Shown here one piece after another: positions 49,918 through 63,500 of a stretch of 64,000 bases of DNA. Every line of letters starts with the position of its first letter. Position 1 is the stretch's first letter. The translations under genes were made by a program, and so were the position numbers. The notes beneath the pieces were generated by a model that worked only from the letters and a program-made list of their open reading frames with translations, was not told where the DNA came from and made no database searches. Source of the DNA: Squalus acanthias (taxonomy: Eukaryota); the NCBI GenBank assembly GCA_030390025.1, contig CM059438.1, positions 63,552,001-63,616,000 of the forward strand. Reading direction: 5' to 3'.

Positions 49918-50265
49918 TTCCTCTTTACCCAGAGAGTGGTAAGAATGTGGAACACGCGACCACAAGGAGTAGTTGAGGCAAATAGCGTTGATGCATTTAA
50001 GGGGAAGCTAGATAAGCACAAGAGGGAGAAAAGAATAGAAGGACATCCTGATAGAGTGAGATGAAGAAGAGTGGGAGGAGGCTCGTGTGGAGCATAAACT
50101 CCAGCATGGCCAGTTCTGAAGAAGGATCACAGACCTGAAACGTTAACTCTGTTTCTCTCTCCACGGATGCTGCCTGGCCTGCTGAGTGTTTCCAGCATTT
50201 TCTGTTGTTATTCCAGCATAGACCAGTTGGGCCGATTGACCTGCTTCTGTGCTGTCCACTCGATG
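49918..50265 (+). mobile_element. CR1 3' tail containing a single-arm Penelope-like hammerhead insert (50113-50210)
   Basis: FTQRVVRMWN; the insert matches 6965-7064; CCAGCAT..CCA duplicated around it. Confidence 0.75.
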
Positions 50266-50304
50266 TAACCTCAGTTCACTCAATCCAACCATATTTCTAA
50301 GTAA

Positions 50305-51110
50305 TGACAGTGAGCTGGAACTCTGTGCTGTGGTGAGCAAAGATGTGCTCTACATAGATCATCAAAGAACTCACTTTAAGGACTCTGAAAAGGACGCCAA
50401 TAATTTAAATACTTTGTTACCTTTGTATCGGATTTAAACCATTTTAAAGTATTGGTGTAAATGTTGCTGTTTGTCTGCCTTGTGGGCAGATTTTTTCTCA
50501 AAATAAATTTGATTGTAATTTTGGCCTGAACTACATGGTGCATCAGTGCGGTGTTTTTCCACCTATTAAAACAATCAAGAGCTCAGGGTGGTCACCTCGT
50601 ACATCCTCCTGTGCAAAATGACATGGCAGATAAAAAATAGTGCTAGCATGAGGCGGCTCAGCAGGAGCATGAGGTGGAAGAAAAGGAGCAACAACGCAAG
50701 TGCAAGGAGGATGAGGCAAGCATGGGCGAAGAAAAAGCAGCAGCACCAAGCTGCCCTTGAACTGACTAAGATTGAGGTGAATGGGCATCTTGTCACTCTA
50801 GCTCGTAACTTTGCAGAATAATTTTACGAAATCTAACCTTATTTCAAATTTTATATGGGATAGTGTAGACAGATTGATGAAATTGCTAGCAAACCAATAA
50901 AAGTGGGATAAAGAAGCAGATAGGCCGGTCCCATCATTTAGTGATTCACTGCGTTTTTACCTACGGTTCTGACGGACACTGCGAATTCCAATGTTGCAAA
51001 ATGGGCAATTCTTGGTGATTCTGGCTGATGCCAGAAGCATATAGATGTAAATTTAAAATGTCACAGGGATCTCAGGAGCATAGTTACAGAGAACCGATGA
51101 TAGAAATGGA
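50305..51110 (+). mobile_element. Heavily decayed Gypsy-like LTR and gag remnant
   Basis: AATAAA ~50502, ...ACA then TGGTGCAT (PBS-like), charged coiled-coil stretch, PEAYRCKF resembling the gag motif PEAYRQKF. Confidence 0.4.
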
Positions 51111-51113
51111 GGG

Positions 51114-51341
51114 TGACATGAATCTTGTCATTCATGTGGAAATGACTTATGAAATAATACTGGGCGGCCTGCTGGTGGCGCTGTCCAGGGAGAGTATAAA
51201 TACTCGGGCATGGGCCCAGCTTGCTCAGGACATTCTTTAACAGGAACTATGAAGGATACAACTAGACCTCCATGTTGAAAAACAGTAGATTAAAGCTTTG
51301 TTTAACGCTTAGACCAAGTGCCTAGTAGTTTTCTTACGTCA
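51114..51341 (+). mobile_element. Solo LTR, 228 bp
   Basis: TG...CA, TATAAA, ATTAAA, 5 bp TSD GAGGG. Confidence 0.9.
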
Positions 51342-51930
51342 GAGGGTATACTGACATTGTGGTGGGAGAGTGGTGAACGTAACAATTCTTATAAAGAAAG
51401 ACAGCAATTAATTTGAAGAGGTTATTTGCTGGAAGCATTTCTAGAGGAATTACAGGTATGGTTGCGTAACTCGGGGCTGACATCCCTGGTGTAGGTTGAG
51501 CGAGACGATTATTTGCTGATGTCTTGCGTGCAGGAGAGCCAATAAATGGGTGGGAAGGCAGAAGGCCCACACCGGCTGGTGGATGACTCACCTATAAAGC
51601 TGTTTTATAAGGACAGGAGGTCTGAGCAGGTCCAGCTACCTGTCCCTGAGCATCATTGGAGAGGAAGCACAGGCACTGTGACAGCTTCAATGATTTATTT
51701 TGGACTTTTGTCACGAGCTGATATGGAACAAGGTGAAATCAGGATGGTTAGAGTACAGTGGAGTAACTCTATTATCCAAGAACAAACTTAAAGTAAAGAA
51801 ACCATACCTCTTCTTAAATGGCTATTTATGTAATAAAATACAAAGGTACGGGAACTGAAGAATTTGCTGTCAACACTTGGTTCTGTTTTTAATACTGGGG
51901 TTATCATCAGTTACCAGATAACATTCATTA

Positions 51931-53360
51931 AAGAAAGAATGCATTTATATAGTACCTTTCACAATCATAGAATGTCCCAAAGCATTTCGCAACCAATTAA
52001 GTACTTTTGATCTGTAGTCACTGTTATAATGTAGGGAAACACGGGAGCCAATTTGTGCGCAGCAGGGTCCCACAAAACAGCAAAGAGATAATGAACAGAT
52101 CATTTGTTTTGGTAGCGTTGCAGAAGGATAAATATTGGCCAGGGCACTAGGAGAACTGCCTGCTCTTCAAAAAGTGCCATGGGATCTTTTATTGTCCACC
52201 TGAGCAGGCGGAGATGGCCTCGGTTTAGAAACATATAGAAACATAGAAACATAGAAGATAGGAGCAGGAGTAGGCCATTTGGCCCCTCGAGCCTGCTCCG
52301 CCATTCGATGAGATCATGGCTGATCATCCAAACTCAGTACCCTGTACCTGCCTTCTCCCCATATCCCTTGATGCCTTTAGCTTTAAGTCATATATCTAAC
52401 TCCTTCTTGAATATATTTACTGACTTGGCCTCAACTGCCTTCTGTGGTAGAGAATTCCACAGGTTCACCACTCTCTGGGTGAAGAAATTCCTCCTCATTT
52501 CTGTCCTAAATGGCTTACCCCTTATCCTTAGACTGTGACCTCTTGTTCTGGACTCACCCGCCATTGGGAACATCCTTCCTGCATCCAGTCTGTCTAGCCC
52601 TGTTAGAATTTTATAAGTTTCAATGAGATCTCCTCTCATTCTTCTAAACTCCAGCGAGTATAAGCCCAATCGACCCAATCTCTCCTCGTACATCATTCCT
52701 GCCATCCCAAGTATCAGTCTGGTGAATCTTCGCTGCACACCCTGCATGGCAAGAACATCCTTCCTCAGATAAGGCGACCAAAACTGCACACAATACTCAA
52801 GGTGTGGTCTCACCAAGGCCCTATACGGCTGCAGCAAAACATCCTTGTTCCTGTACTCGAATCCTCTCGCTATGAAGGCCAACATACCATTTGCCTTCTT
52901 AACCGCCTGCTGTACCTGCATGCTTACCTTCAGCGACTGGTGCACAAGGACACCCAGGTCTCGTTGCACTTCCCCTTCTCCCAATCTATTGCCGTTCAGA
53001 TAATAATCTGCCTTTCTGTTTTTGCCACCAAAGTGGATAACCTCGCATTTATCCACATTATACTGCATCTGCCATGCATCTGCCCAATCACCCAACCTGT
53101 CCAAATCATACTGGAGTTTCTCGGCATCCTCCGCGCAGCACACACACCCACCCAGCTTTGTGTCATCTGCAAACTTGGAGATATTACATCTAGTTTAACA
53201 TTTCATCTGATAGACGGCACCCCTAACAGTGCAGCACTCCCTCAGTACTGCACTGAAGTGTCGGCCTGGATTATGTGCTCAAGCCTCTGGAATGGGGCTT
53301 GAACCCACAACCTTCTGATTTCGAAGCACGAGTGCTGATACTGAGACAAGGCTGACACCT
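51931..53360 (-). mobile_element. Deu-SINE split by a CR1
   Basis: 51931-52226 plus 53192-53360; GTTTA at both junctions. Confidence 0.82.
52227..53191 (-). mobile_element. 5'-truncated young CR1
   Basis: Highly similar to 40676-41627. Confidence 0.95.
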
Positions 53361-53750
53361 AAATTACAAGCCCTTTCCATTGAATTCATCTCGAACTCCA
53401 CCTAATCATACTTACTTCAATTGCGTTGACTTGTTATTTTCCCAGACGTGTGTCAATTGCAACCTTTTGTCATCAGATAAACGGAGATGTGGTTCTTTTT
53501 TGTACTTTCGAGTTTTTGAATTTTAAAATTACATAGCAACAGAAACATACAGGAGAAAAGAATATAAATAAAGGAAAATGTAAATTAGAAATAACAGGTT
53601 AACATCACCCTATATAAATGAGAAACACCGTTTTACAACAAGAATAAACTGAAGTACAAGCTTGCGACAGTCAAACACCTGCGGCTGGATTAAGCCAACT
53701 AACGGTAACATCAAAAGATGGTGTAACTCAGATGAAAGGTATTGTGATGG

Positions 53751-53988
53751 TGTTGAGGCTGCCGCGAAACACGAATTAAGGCTGAATCCATTTGTGTTAA
53801 ACAAGAGACTTTTTAATCACAGCATGGCACAAAATGGCAGACTGAAAAGCTCCCAGAATTCTCTGGCTAAAACCTGAGGCCCCGCCCCCTTCTGCCTTAA
53901 AGGTAAGGTGCCTTAAAGGGAAGGTGCTGGAAATTTGTCCACAGACGGAAGAGTGGATTATGCCCGTTTTAGGTGGCGATCCGCCACA
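53751..53988 (-). mobile_element. Solo LTR of the Gypsy family at 60316
   Basis: Inverted homologue of 60316-60555; no clean TSD. Confidence 0.9.
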
Positions 53989-54784
53989 CAGGGCAACTTA
54001 ATAAGGATTAAGCTGAAGGGATCTCATACCAAAGCCTCTTGAGGCCTGATATTAGCAGAGGTGGTTGGGGCCAGGACAGCAAGATGTGGAAGTTACACTT
54101 GGAAGGATCTTACACATGCTTATCAGGGCTTGGGAAGATCAGTCAAACAAGAGGGAATAAGTATTTGAGTTAAACAAGTGAACATCACACCTGCAGCAGG
54201 ATTAAATCAGCAGAAAATAGGCAGACAATAATATGGAGAGGGGAAGGGACAGGTACAGTGGGGACAGTGCTGGGGGGATGAACTTCCTCTTTGTAAAATG
54301 AGATGGGGAGAGAAATATAGAGGCCTTTAGAACTACAGGACCACCAAGTCCAGCTATGGAGCAGACCAAAGGATCAACTGGGAATGCCAGGCCCAGTACA
54401 AACCATTCCCTTCTTGTGCACAAGAATTCAAAAAGAGAGACCGCACCTGAGTAAATTTAACCTCACGTCGATGAAAGGGCAACATAACTCTCTCTAGCTG
54501 AGCTGCTTTTCATGCTCCTTCTTTCCATTCTGACTGAGGTGACATCTCTGCTTATGGCCTTCTATCTGGAAGGCAATAGCCTGCAGGTGAGCAGTGAGAT
54601 GCCTCCTTCCACAGTGCAGTGGGATCTCTTTGCAATTGAGACTTCCTTGATGGACTAGAACTCCTGCTGCATCAGGCCTCAATAACAGGCTTAAGGGACA
54701 AGTCCAAAAGATATACAAGTGAGAATAGACTCCTCTGAACTCTTTCCAACAGCAATCTGTAATCTCGTGCCACCAACAATGCAT

Positions 54785-54875
54785 TCTCTCTCCACGGATG
54801 CTGCCTGGCCTGCTGAGTTTTTCCAGCGTTTTCTGTTGTTATTTCGGATTTCCAGCATCCACAGTATTTTGCTAT
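54785..54875 (+). mobile_element. Truncated Penelope-like repeat fragment
   Basis: Matches 7005-7095. Confidence 0.7.
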
Positions 54876-56449
54876 CGTATCAATGCAATCCTACTGTTGT
54901 GTAGCAGGTATGATGGAGAATATTTGGTTCCTTCTGCAGTTCAAAAACCGCAGATCAAATAGCCTCCCATTCTTCATCTGAGATTGTACAACTAAAATCA
55001 GCTGGTCCCATCATGCCCATAAAATAGAGCTGTGAAATTAACACATCCAGCTTAACTGAACCAATCCACAGCTGCCTGGAAACTCAATAAACGGCGTCTG
55101 ATGTTGAAAGAGAATGACAGATGTGGAGTAATTTTTCAAAACACTCACCATCTTTCTGGAATACTTGCCTTGTAGGAAACCAAAGGAGAATGGAGTCACC
55201 ATTCAGTTTCAGCAGGTAGAAGAGCCATAAAAGACACAAGTCGGAACACCCAGGCAAGGATTTCAGGTTGTCCCACAGAGAGGAACGGGCAGACAGACCT
55301 TTCAGAATATGAATACAGTGCAATATATCTTGCTCAAACCACATGACTGCATCCAAAGTAAGATGGGCCTTCAGCACCGGGGAAACAGATGAACACCCCT
55401 CCACACCCCCGTGAAACAAAACAAGACAACTGTGGGATGAACCCACCCATTTCATCTCCATGGATGGGTGTCTATTGTAGAGGCTCAATGTGGAATGCTA
55501 GTGCATCTCAGAAATAATGCAGGAAGGCGAACTCCATCCTCATCCACTGAATTTTGAAATAGAATAAGTCAGATCTATGGAGGCCTGCCAATCCATTCCT
55601 CTAGAGTGGGAGGGAGACTCGGAACATTTGGAATAAATGAGAAAGTATATGCAATGCTTCTAATGATAATGCTGCTCCAAGGAAGAGCTGGAAGGAAATT
55701 GCCAGCCATGCATGAGGTAAAGAATACTGTGTTATACAACTGGAAGTGAAAGCGGTTATGTGAGATGGAGTAGTGTAGTACTTCAAACCAACTGCACACT
55801 GTAATTTGTTTTGTATATTTATGATGAATCTTGGAGCAAAGTTTTGAAACTAGTTCCAGAGTCTCTTATGAGTAGTGATGTTTGGTGCTGAGAGACCTTC
55901 AAAAATGTAATAGTCCATCTCCACCGTACCCCCGCTCTCACCCCCCTGCCCACCAGTGCAGCTGCATTATGTCTACAGAGAGGGAAAAGAGGCATCTTAT
56001 GTGAAAATATTAAGTATCGGAGGATCCTCCAGACTTATAATGGCATTAAAGTGAAATAATGCAGTTGATTTCATTTTAAAGAAAAAATATTCAAGCAAAT
56101 CAGCTCCCCCACTGACTCAAGAAACAGAGTAGATAGAACAAAACACCCAGTTTAATCAACTTGTCAGGACAGCCATAGGAGGTCGATTGTAACTAAGTCA
56201 CTTGTGAATTATTTGGTCTTCCCAGATGATGAAACAAGCTTGGTGTAGCTTTCTTCATATTGCGCATTCTCCACTTCTGGCTTGGCTAAGATAAGACACG
56301 ATTAGCATGTGTATTGGTGCATGAAAAGGTTTCACTGCTGTGATTCAAATGCCTGCAACACTGGGACCTACGATGCCATGAAAATGGATACTTACTCATG
56401 AAAATACATAAGTTCCTCTTGGTTTAAGAATAAAAGACAGTCTGGGGTG

Positions 56450-58900
56450 ATAAAAAGGCCATTCTGCCCATCAAGCCCACTCTATGATAGAAAAATCAGA
56501 TATGGCTTGGAATAGGCTGCCCGTTGATGTCTTATTTTAAGGAACACAAAGTACCTTCCCTATATTCCCCACCCCAAAAATATATCAAGCAATGCTATTA
56601 ATATCTCTATTGCCCTCAATTCACCTTCTCAACAGATAGCGATCCAGTTGCCTTTTTATAGCTGTCAGTTTACGCTGAATCAATTGCTGTCTTTCTTTAT
56701 TTTCCCACGTATCTGTCAACTGCAAGTTCAGGACTGCCTGCCAACTCTAATTGAAGGAATGAAGTAGTCTGATTTACAGTTTTCGTTATTTGAGTTGCGA
56801 TCATAAATAGTTCATTTATTTTATGTTAGAAACATTATTTTTGTGGTCAGAATAGTGTTTAGATACTCAAGAAATGTTAGAAGTTGGAAAAAGCCTTTGA
56901 GCACTTATTTCATATTCAGGCGATTTAGTGGGATAGGAAAGAATAGTCTTATGAATGAACACATGATTGTTTATGCTGCTTCTATATGATGTTGCACAAT
57001 CATATAAAATGTGAAAGCACAATTACTCTTCCAGTCCAAGAGGGATACGTACCTTGAATAAAGGTGTAATATTGGTGGGGGTGTTTGTTGGGCATGGACG
57101 AATAAAGAACCCATCAGCATAGCCCTGATGCCAAATCATTCTTTCTGCTGTGCCATGTTTCTAGGGATTGATTCTTAGAGTCAAATGGGAAATTGACTTT
57201 TGCAGTACATATGTTGTTTCTGAATTCAGATACTAAATAAGAGATTGATTTTAAGCGTCTGGATATGCTGCAGTTCTTGATTGTCCTAAGTTGACATAAT
57301 TTGCAATTAAATTATTGATCTTCCGTTGCTGTGCTACATTGGTTGCTAATACAGTCCAATTGATGATTGATATCAATGGCAGAACCTGGATTGCTTAGGA
57401 GTTGTTAATATGGAGCATTTAATGGAATTGCCCCATTAAAGTACCTCCATTGTTGGGTGAGTCAATACATTTGTGCTCAGGCTGAGGTTGTTGTTCAACA
57501 GTATCCCATCAGTAACGTACAGGCCTCGGCTGGCTTCTCCTTACTGGATGACCAACGTTGTGTGGATTTTTAATTTTTAGCAAGTCACTGGAAATTCTGT
57601 GATAAAAGCTATTAAACTGCATCAGTTCTGTTGCAAGCTCAGTTCCCAGCTGTGTGTCAGTGTAACTATGGGGGTTCCCTACTGTTTGTTTAAATAAGCA
57701 AATAAAGTAGCTCATTTTATAGTTTTAGATCAATTGAGTTATGGCACGTTATACATCTGTTGCAAATTCGGGTTTGCTGTAGATACCGTCACTGGTTCAA
57801 TAGTGTCAGTTATTAATAGTTTTTTATTATGTGGTCTATCCTCATGTCAACTTTAAAATGAACAACTTTATGATCACTGGACCCTCAGTTGTTCCTTTCT
57901 CCTTATTAGTTTGGAGCAAATCTAATATTGCCTTCCCCCTTGTGGGCACCCTTGCCTACTCTTTAAGACAAGATTGTTGCAGTACTTCAAGAAACTTCCT
58001 CACGCATGCAGATCATCCCCACTCTCCAATTCCCAGGCTACGTCAGGGAGATTGACCTCCCACAGCAGTACATCCATCTCTGTTTTATTTCATGGTGGGC
58101 CGTGACATAGTCCTAACACCAACTTTTCGCCTTTTCTATCTTCCAGTTCCACCCAGAGACTCTACCAATTCCCAGGTCCTACCTCCCAGCAACGTATAAA
58201 TCTTCTCTGATTAATCCTACCTAATTTCATTCCTTTTCTTTCCTGCCTGAAGCATGCACAGCCTTCCATATTTGTTCCCCGCTAATCATCTTCCTTTAGT
58301 AACTCCTGTGGTCTATTAGTTCACTTTTTACCATTGCTTCCAACTCAACTATTATATGCCTTATCTTCCTGACATGTTTAGTTTATTCCTTGTCCTTCTT
58401 GCTGTGTTCACACCCCTTCCTAAAGATGGATCTACATTATTATCCTTCTTACCTCCCTTCTTTAAATCGATCCCAACTGTTTGATTTGTCCTATTAACCA
58501 AGTTGAACATGCTTCCTCAGTTTAGATGAAGGCCATCCTAACAGAACAGGCTCCCCTTCCTTCTGATGTGGTAAAAGTGGCCTAAGATTTTGAAAATACT
58601 CCTTCCGACAACAGGCGTTCAGCCATGCGCAATCTGTCTCTCTAATAGGTCAAATGTGTTTTGCATGGGATAATTCCGAAATTAATATCATGGGAGTGCT
58701 TCATTTCAATCTTTACCTTAGTTCCTCAAATTCCCTCTGTAGGGCCTCCAGTCTACTGCTATCTATCTCATTGGTTCCCTTGTGAGCCACAAGCTCTGGT
58801 TTGTCCCCTTCCCATTGACCTGTTCAGTCAAATTCAGAACCCTGGCACTTGCGAAGCAACATGCACAAGACTCTGCCAATCCCGCTTACTTATCCAGCAA
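56450..58900 (-). mobile_element. Ancient CR1 remnant (ORF1 esterase and APE traces)
   Basis: PTRGKAILDLL near 57910-57950; DGLHLN near 58520-58540; boundaries uncertain. Confidence 0.55.
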
Positions 58901-59805
58901 TTAAGTGAGCTGTTCAGACCAGGAAAGTCCCATGTTCAATTCCCCATCACTACTCAGTTAGCTGATCTCAGTGGGGCCATAGAAGGAGCTGAAAAATTGG
59001 GTTCAATGTCTCTAGGTTAGTGAGGGGTAAATCTGCCAGGATTCCCTCTCCTGATTGCAATCCAGTAACCATCTTCCTAAAAGTTTGTGTCTGCTGATAG
59101 TGGGTGAGGGCAGGATTGGACTTGACTATAATGCTCGCTGTGCCAAGTCGCCTGCTGATGCTTGGGGTCAAGGCTCTCACATCAACAATGGTCACTTGGC
59201 TGAGATACCAGAGAATGATGACGTCATGGAATGGTACCCTTACAATAAATCAGCTATCACATGATAGATCCCATCAATGTTCAGTACCTAGCTATAATTT
59301 ACCCACATCAATACTGCTAAACTACTAACATGCTGATACACCCAGACGTGCCAGTGTAACATGCCTCACAGTATCTAGTCTCGTCCTCTTTTGTAGTTGT
59401 TCCTTGGATGATAACATGTTCCACTTTCTAGTCAATGACAGCATCAAACATTCCAAGGTTAAGTACACCACAATCAAAAGTCTAAATTCCAGCCTAGGGA
59501 GCTCCACGTTACTGAACTAAAGCTATGGCTCATTTTCTATCCAGTCTATTCTAGCCTTAAGGCAAGATTACTGAATTAACACCAGTTGTACCAAATATGA
59601 CGTTTTATTCTGTGAGTACACGTCCAGTGGTGACTGGGTTGAAGCCTGCTTAAATTTATTATACTTACAACCCTTCCCATATAATTTCCTTAGAGATAAA
59701 AGGACAATGTTAAAAGAAAACTCACCACCAGAATCATTTAACATTTAAGAGGCATGAATTAGGATTTATATTGCTAAACATCGACTGCTGAAATTTGGGT
59801 ACCTT

Positions 59806-60315
59806 GGGGTGGAGTTTTCGCTTGTTTACTCCAGAAATAACAGCAGAAAACCGGGCAAAATCGGCCAAACCAGAGAAAAAGTTTGGGGAATCTTAAACGT
59901 AAGTGAGTTACGCCCAGAACCACGTACGTTCGTGTTTTCCGCAATTTTTTACTCTGGCTCAAGATGCAATTCAGCCGGATCAGGCCCCGCCCCGCCCCTG
60001 GGTCAAAATTTCAAGATTCCGTTGATTGCGCTGGTTCGGGAAGGCTCTTCAAATTGTGATCCTTTTCTTAGGCGCACCGGCACTAGTGGGCATGTTTTAA
60101 AAGTTTTTCCAAATCAAAAAATATTTAATTTACTCAGAAACTGACCAGTGTACACAAATTAAACTATTAAATAGTTCAGTATAGTTTTTTTTTAATCATT
60201 TTCATTGATTTTAAAATTGGGTTACTCACAGGTGGAGGACTGGACACTTTTATTAAAATGCTTATTTTTGGTGATAAAGCCATTTTCAGCTGTGTTAATA
60301 AAACTATCAGGGTAC
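59806..60315. mobile_element. Possible Harbinger-type MITE left part, interrupted by the Gypsy element
   Basis: Begins GGGGTGGAGTTTT; GC-rich then AT-rich like the other MITEs; other end not in the window. Confidence 0.4.
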
Positions 60316-60556
60316 TGTGGCGGATCGCCACCTAAACAGGCATAACCCACTTTTCCGTCTGTGGACAATATATCGGTGAACCTTCCCTTTAAGGCACCTT
60401 ACCTTTAAGGCAGGAGTGGGCGGGGCTTCAGGGTTTTTCCAGAGAATTCTGGGAGCAGCTTTCTCAGCCATTTTAGTGCCATGCAGCTGAATTAAAGTTT
60501 CTTGTTTTCAACATATGGATTCAGCCTCCATTCGTGTTTCGCGGCAGCCTCAACAT

Positions 60557-60570
60557 TGGTGACCCCGACG
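60557..60570 (+). promoter_or_regulatory. Primer binding site, tRNA-Trp type
   Basis: TGGTGACCCCGACG equals the first 14 nt of the tRNA-Trp PBS known from avian retroviruses. Confidence 0.8.
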
Positions 60571-60595
60571 CTCAGAACGTATTCCGAGCACTGCA

Positions 60596-63500
60596 ATGGC
60601 GGACACGAACACAGTTTCCGTGAAACTGCCGGAGTTTTGATAAAACCAGCCCGAAGCCTGGTTTCTCCAAGCTGAATCTCGCTTCCGGCTGCGAAATATC
60701 ACCACAGATGGGACGAAGTACGACTATCTCGTCACATCACTCAGTAGCGCCACAGTTTCGAAGGTTTGGACAACGCTGCAGAACCCACCAGAGGAAGGCA
60801 AGTACGCACATCTCAGGACAGCGCTCCTTAAAAAATTTACGGCCTCGGCATATCAGCGAAACTGCCACCTCCTCGACCTTCCAGGCCTCGGTGATGCCTC
60901 ACCATCAGACCTCCTCTCCCACATGCTCTCCCTCACCGACGAGAGCCCACCCGGATCCCTCTTCCGCACGCTGTTCATCCGCCAGCTCCCTCTCAGCATC
61001 TGCCCAGCGATCGTGGCGTCCGGCCTCACGAACCTGGAAGCCCTGGCCGATGAGGCCGACATGCTGCTGTCCGCTCACTCCATCCGCGACGTCACTCCGG
61101 ACCTGGCAGCCAATGCCTGGGCGCGCCCCTCACTGGCCACCACGCGGCCACAAGGGCCTGCCACCAGGCCCACGGGGTCTTCACGCCCCACTAACCCGGG
61201 CCACTGTTACTACCACGCACGGTCCGGCGCCAGGGCACAACGGTGCACACCTCCCTGCTCTTTCAAGTCCGCCCCCGTACCAGCCCCCGCGATGGCCGTG
61301 GGCCACGCGGGGCTCCCTGCTGTTCGTTACGGATGACAAAACCGGCCGCCGGTTCCTGTGCGACACTGGGGCTCAGCACAGCATCATCCCGGCCTCCTCC
61401 CTCGACATCCAAAAGGGCGAACGAGGACCGGCGCTGGCTGCTGCTAACGGCTCGGAAATCCGGACATATGGCACCCGGACAGTCACCCTCGACCTCGCTG
61501 GTCGCCGCTACCGATGGGAGTTCGTCACTGCCAAGGTGCTCTCCCCTCTCATCGGCGCAGATTTCCTGTGCGCCCACGGCCTACTGGTAGACATCCCCCG
61601 TCACCGCCTCGTGGACATGAACACCATGTCCCCCATCCTGGGCGCCATGGCCCCCCGTCAACCCGCCGACATGGCGTCACAGTGCCACGCCCGGGCCACG
61701 GATGACTACTCGGCACTCCTGGCCGAATTCCCAGCCCTTACCAATCCGACCTTCTCCACGGAGGCCGCCAAACACGGGGTGGAACACTTCATCCCCACCA
61801 CAGGCCCCCCAGTGTACACCCACGCCCGCAGGCTGGACCCGGCCAAACTGGAGATCGCGCGGACCGAGTTTGCCACCATGGAACAGCTCGGCATCATCCG
61901 CCGCTCCAACAGTCCCGGGGCCTCCCCACTCCACATCGCCCCCAAACCAGGCGGAGGTTGGCGCCCCTGCGGGGATTACCGCCGCCTCAATGACGCCACC
62001 ACCCCTGATCGGTACCCCGTGCCGCACATTCAGGACTTCTCGGCTAGACTGGCCGGCCGCTCAGTCTTTTCCAAGGTCGACCTGGTGCGCGGCTACCACC
62101 AAGTCTTCGTCCACCCCGCGGACATCCCCAAGACGGCCGTAATCACCCCCTTCGGCCTGTTCGAGTTCCTGCGGATGCCCTTTTGCCTCAAAAACGCGGT
62201 CCAGGCATTCCAACGGCTCATGGACTCGGTCCTTCAGGACCTGAAGTTCCTGTTCGTCTACCTGGACGACATCCTGGTAGCCAGTTCCTCCAAGCAGGAA
62301 CACCTCGAACACCTCCGCATCCTGTTCCGGCGCCTCAGCGACCACGGGCTCATCCTCAGCCCAGCCAAATGCCAGTTCGGCCTGGACAAGATCGACTTCC
62401 TCGGCCACCACATCACCCATGCTGGGGCCATTCCCCTGCCCACCAAGGTGCAGCCCATCCAACAATTTCCCCGCCCCACCACCATCAAAGGCCTCCAGGA
62501 GTTCCTCGGGATGGTGAACTTCTATAACCGCTTCATCCCCAAAGCGGCGTCCCTCATGAGGCCCCTGTATGAAGCCCTCCGGGGCAGGAGCGGCAAGATG
62601 GCAGTCGAATGGACGGCAGACGCGTCCGCCGCCTTCGACTCCACCAAGACCGCGCTCGCCAACGCCACCCTGCTCGCGCACCCATGGCCCAATGCCAGGG
62701 TAGCGCTCACCACGGATGCCTCCGACCACGCGGTCGGCGCCGTGTATGAGCAGTGGGTCGACGGCGCCTGGCAACCACTTGCCTTCTGCAGCCGCCAACT
62801 ACGCCCCCCGGAGGTCAAGTACAGCACCTTCGACCGCGAGCTCCTCGCGCTGTTCCTGGCGGTCCACCATTTCCGGTTTTTGCTTGAGGGCCACCCCTTC
62901 ACGGCGTTTGTCGACCACAAGCCCCTGACATTCGCAATGGCAAAGACAACTGACCCCTGGTCTGCCAGGCAGCAGTGCCAGCTCGCGGCAGTGTCCGAGT
63001 TCACCACGGACATCCAACACGTCTTCGGCCGAGACAATGTGGTAGCCGACTGCCTCTCCCGCCCCGCCATCCATGCCGCACACCTGGCAGTCGACTATGC
63101 TCAACTCGCAGCAGACCAGATCACCGACCCTGATCTGCTCTCCGCACCCACCAACCTACCAGGGCTACGCCTGGCCGAAGTCGCCTGTGGCCCGACCACA
63201 GTCACGGTCAAGTGCGACATATCCCTATGTCAACCTCGGCCCGTCGTCCCAGCGTCCTGATGCCGCCGGGTATTCGACATTCTCCACAACCTCTCCCACC
63301 CCGGCGCCCGCGCATCCATCAAATTGGTAGCCAACCGCTTCGTCTGGCGCAGCCTTCGCAAGGATGTGCGTATTTGGGCCAACTCCTGCCTAGCCTGCCA
63401 ACGGGCCAAGGTACAGCAACACACGAAAGCACCCCTCGAGGAGTTTACCGTCCCCTCGCGGAGATTCGACCACATCCACGTGGACATCGTCGGGCCCCTG

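Noticed and set aside
54490..54700. Possible ancient Myb-like exon
   Set aside because: Resemblance too faint and no TIRs found
60708..61300. N-terminal 200 aa of the 850 aa ORF
   Set aside because: Gag motifs lie in other frames; real pol begins near 61310
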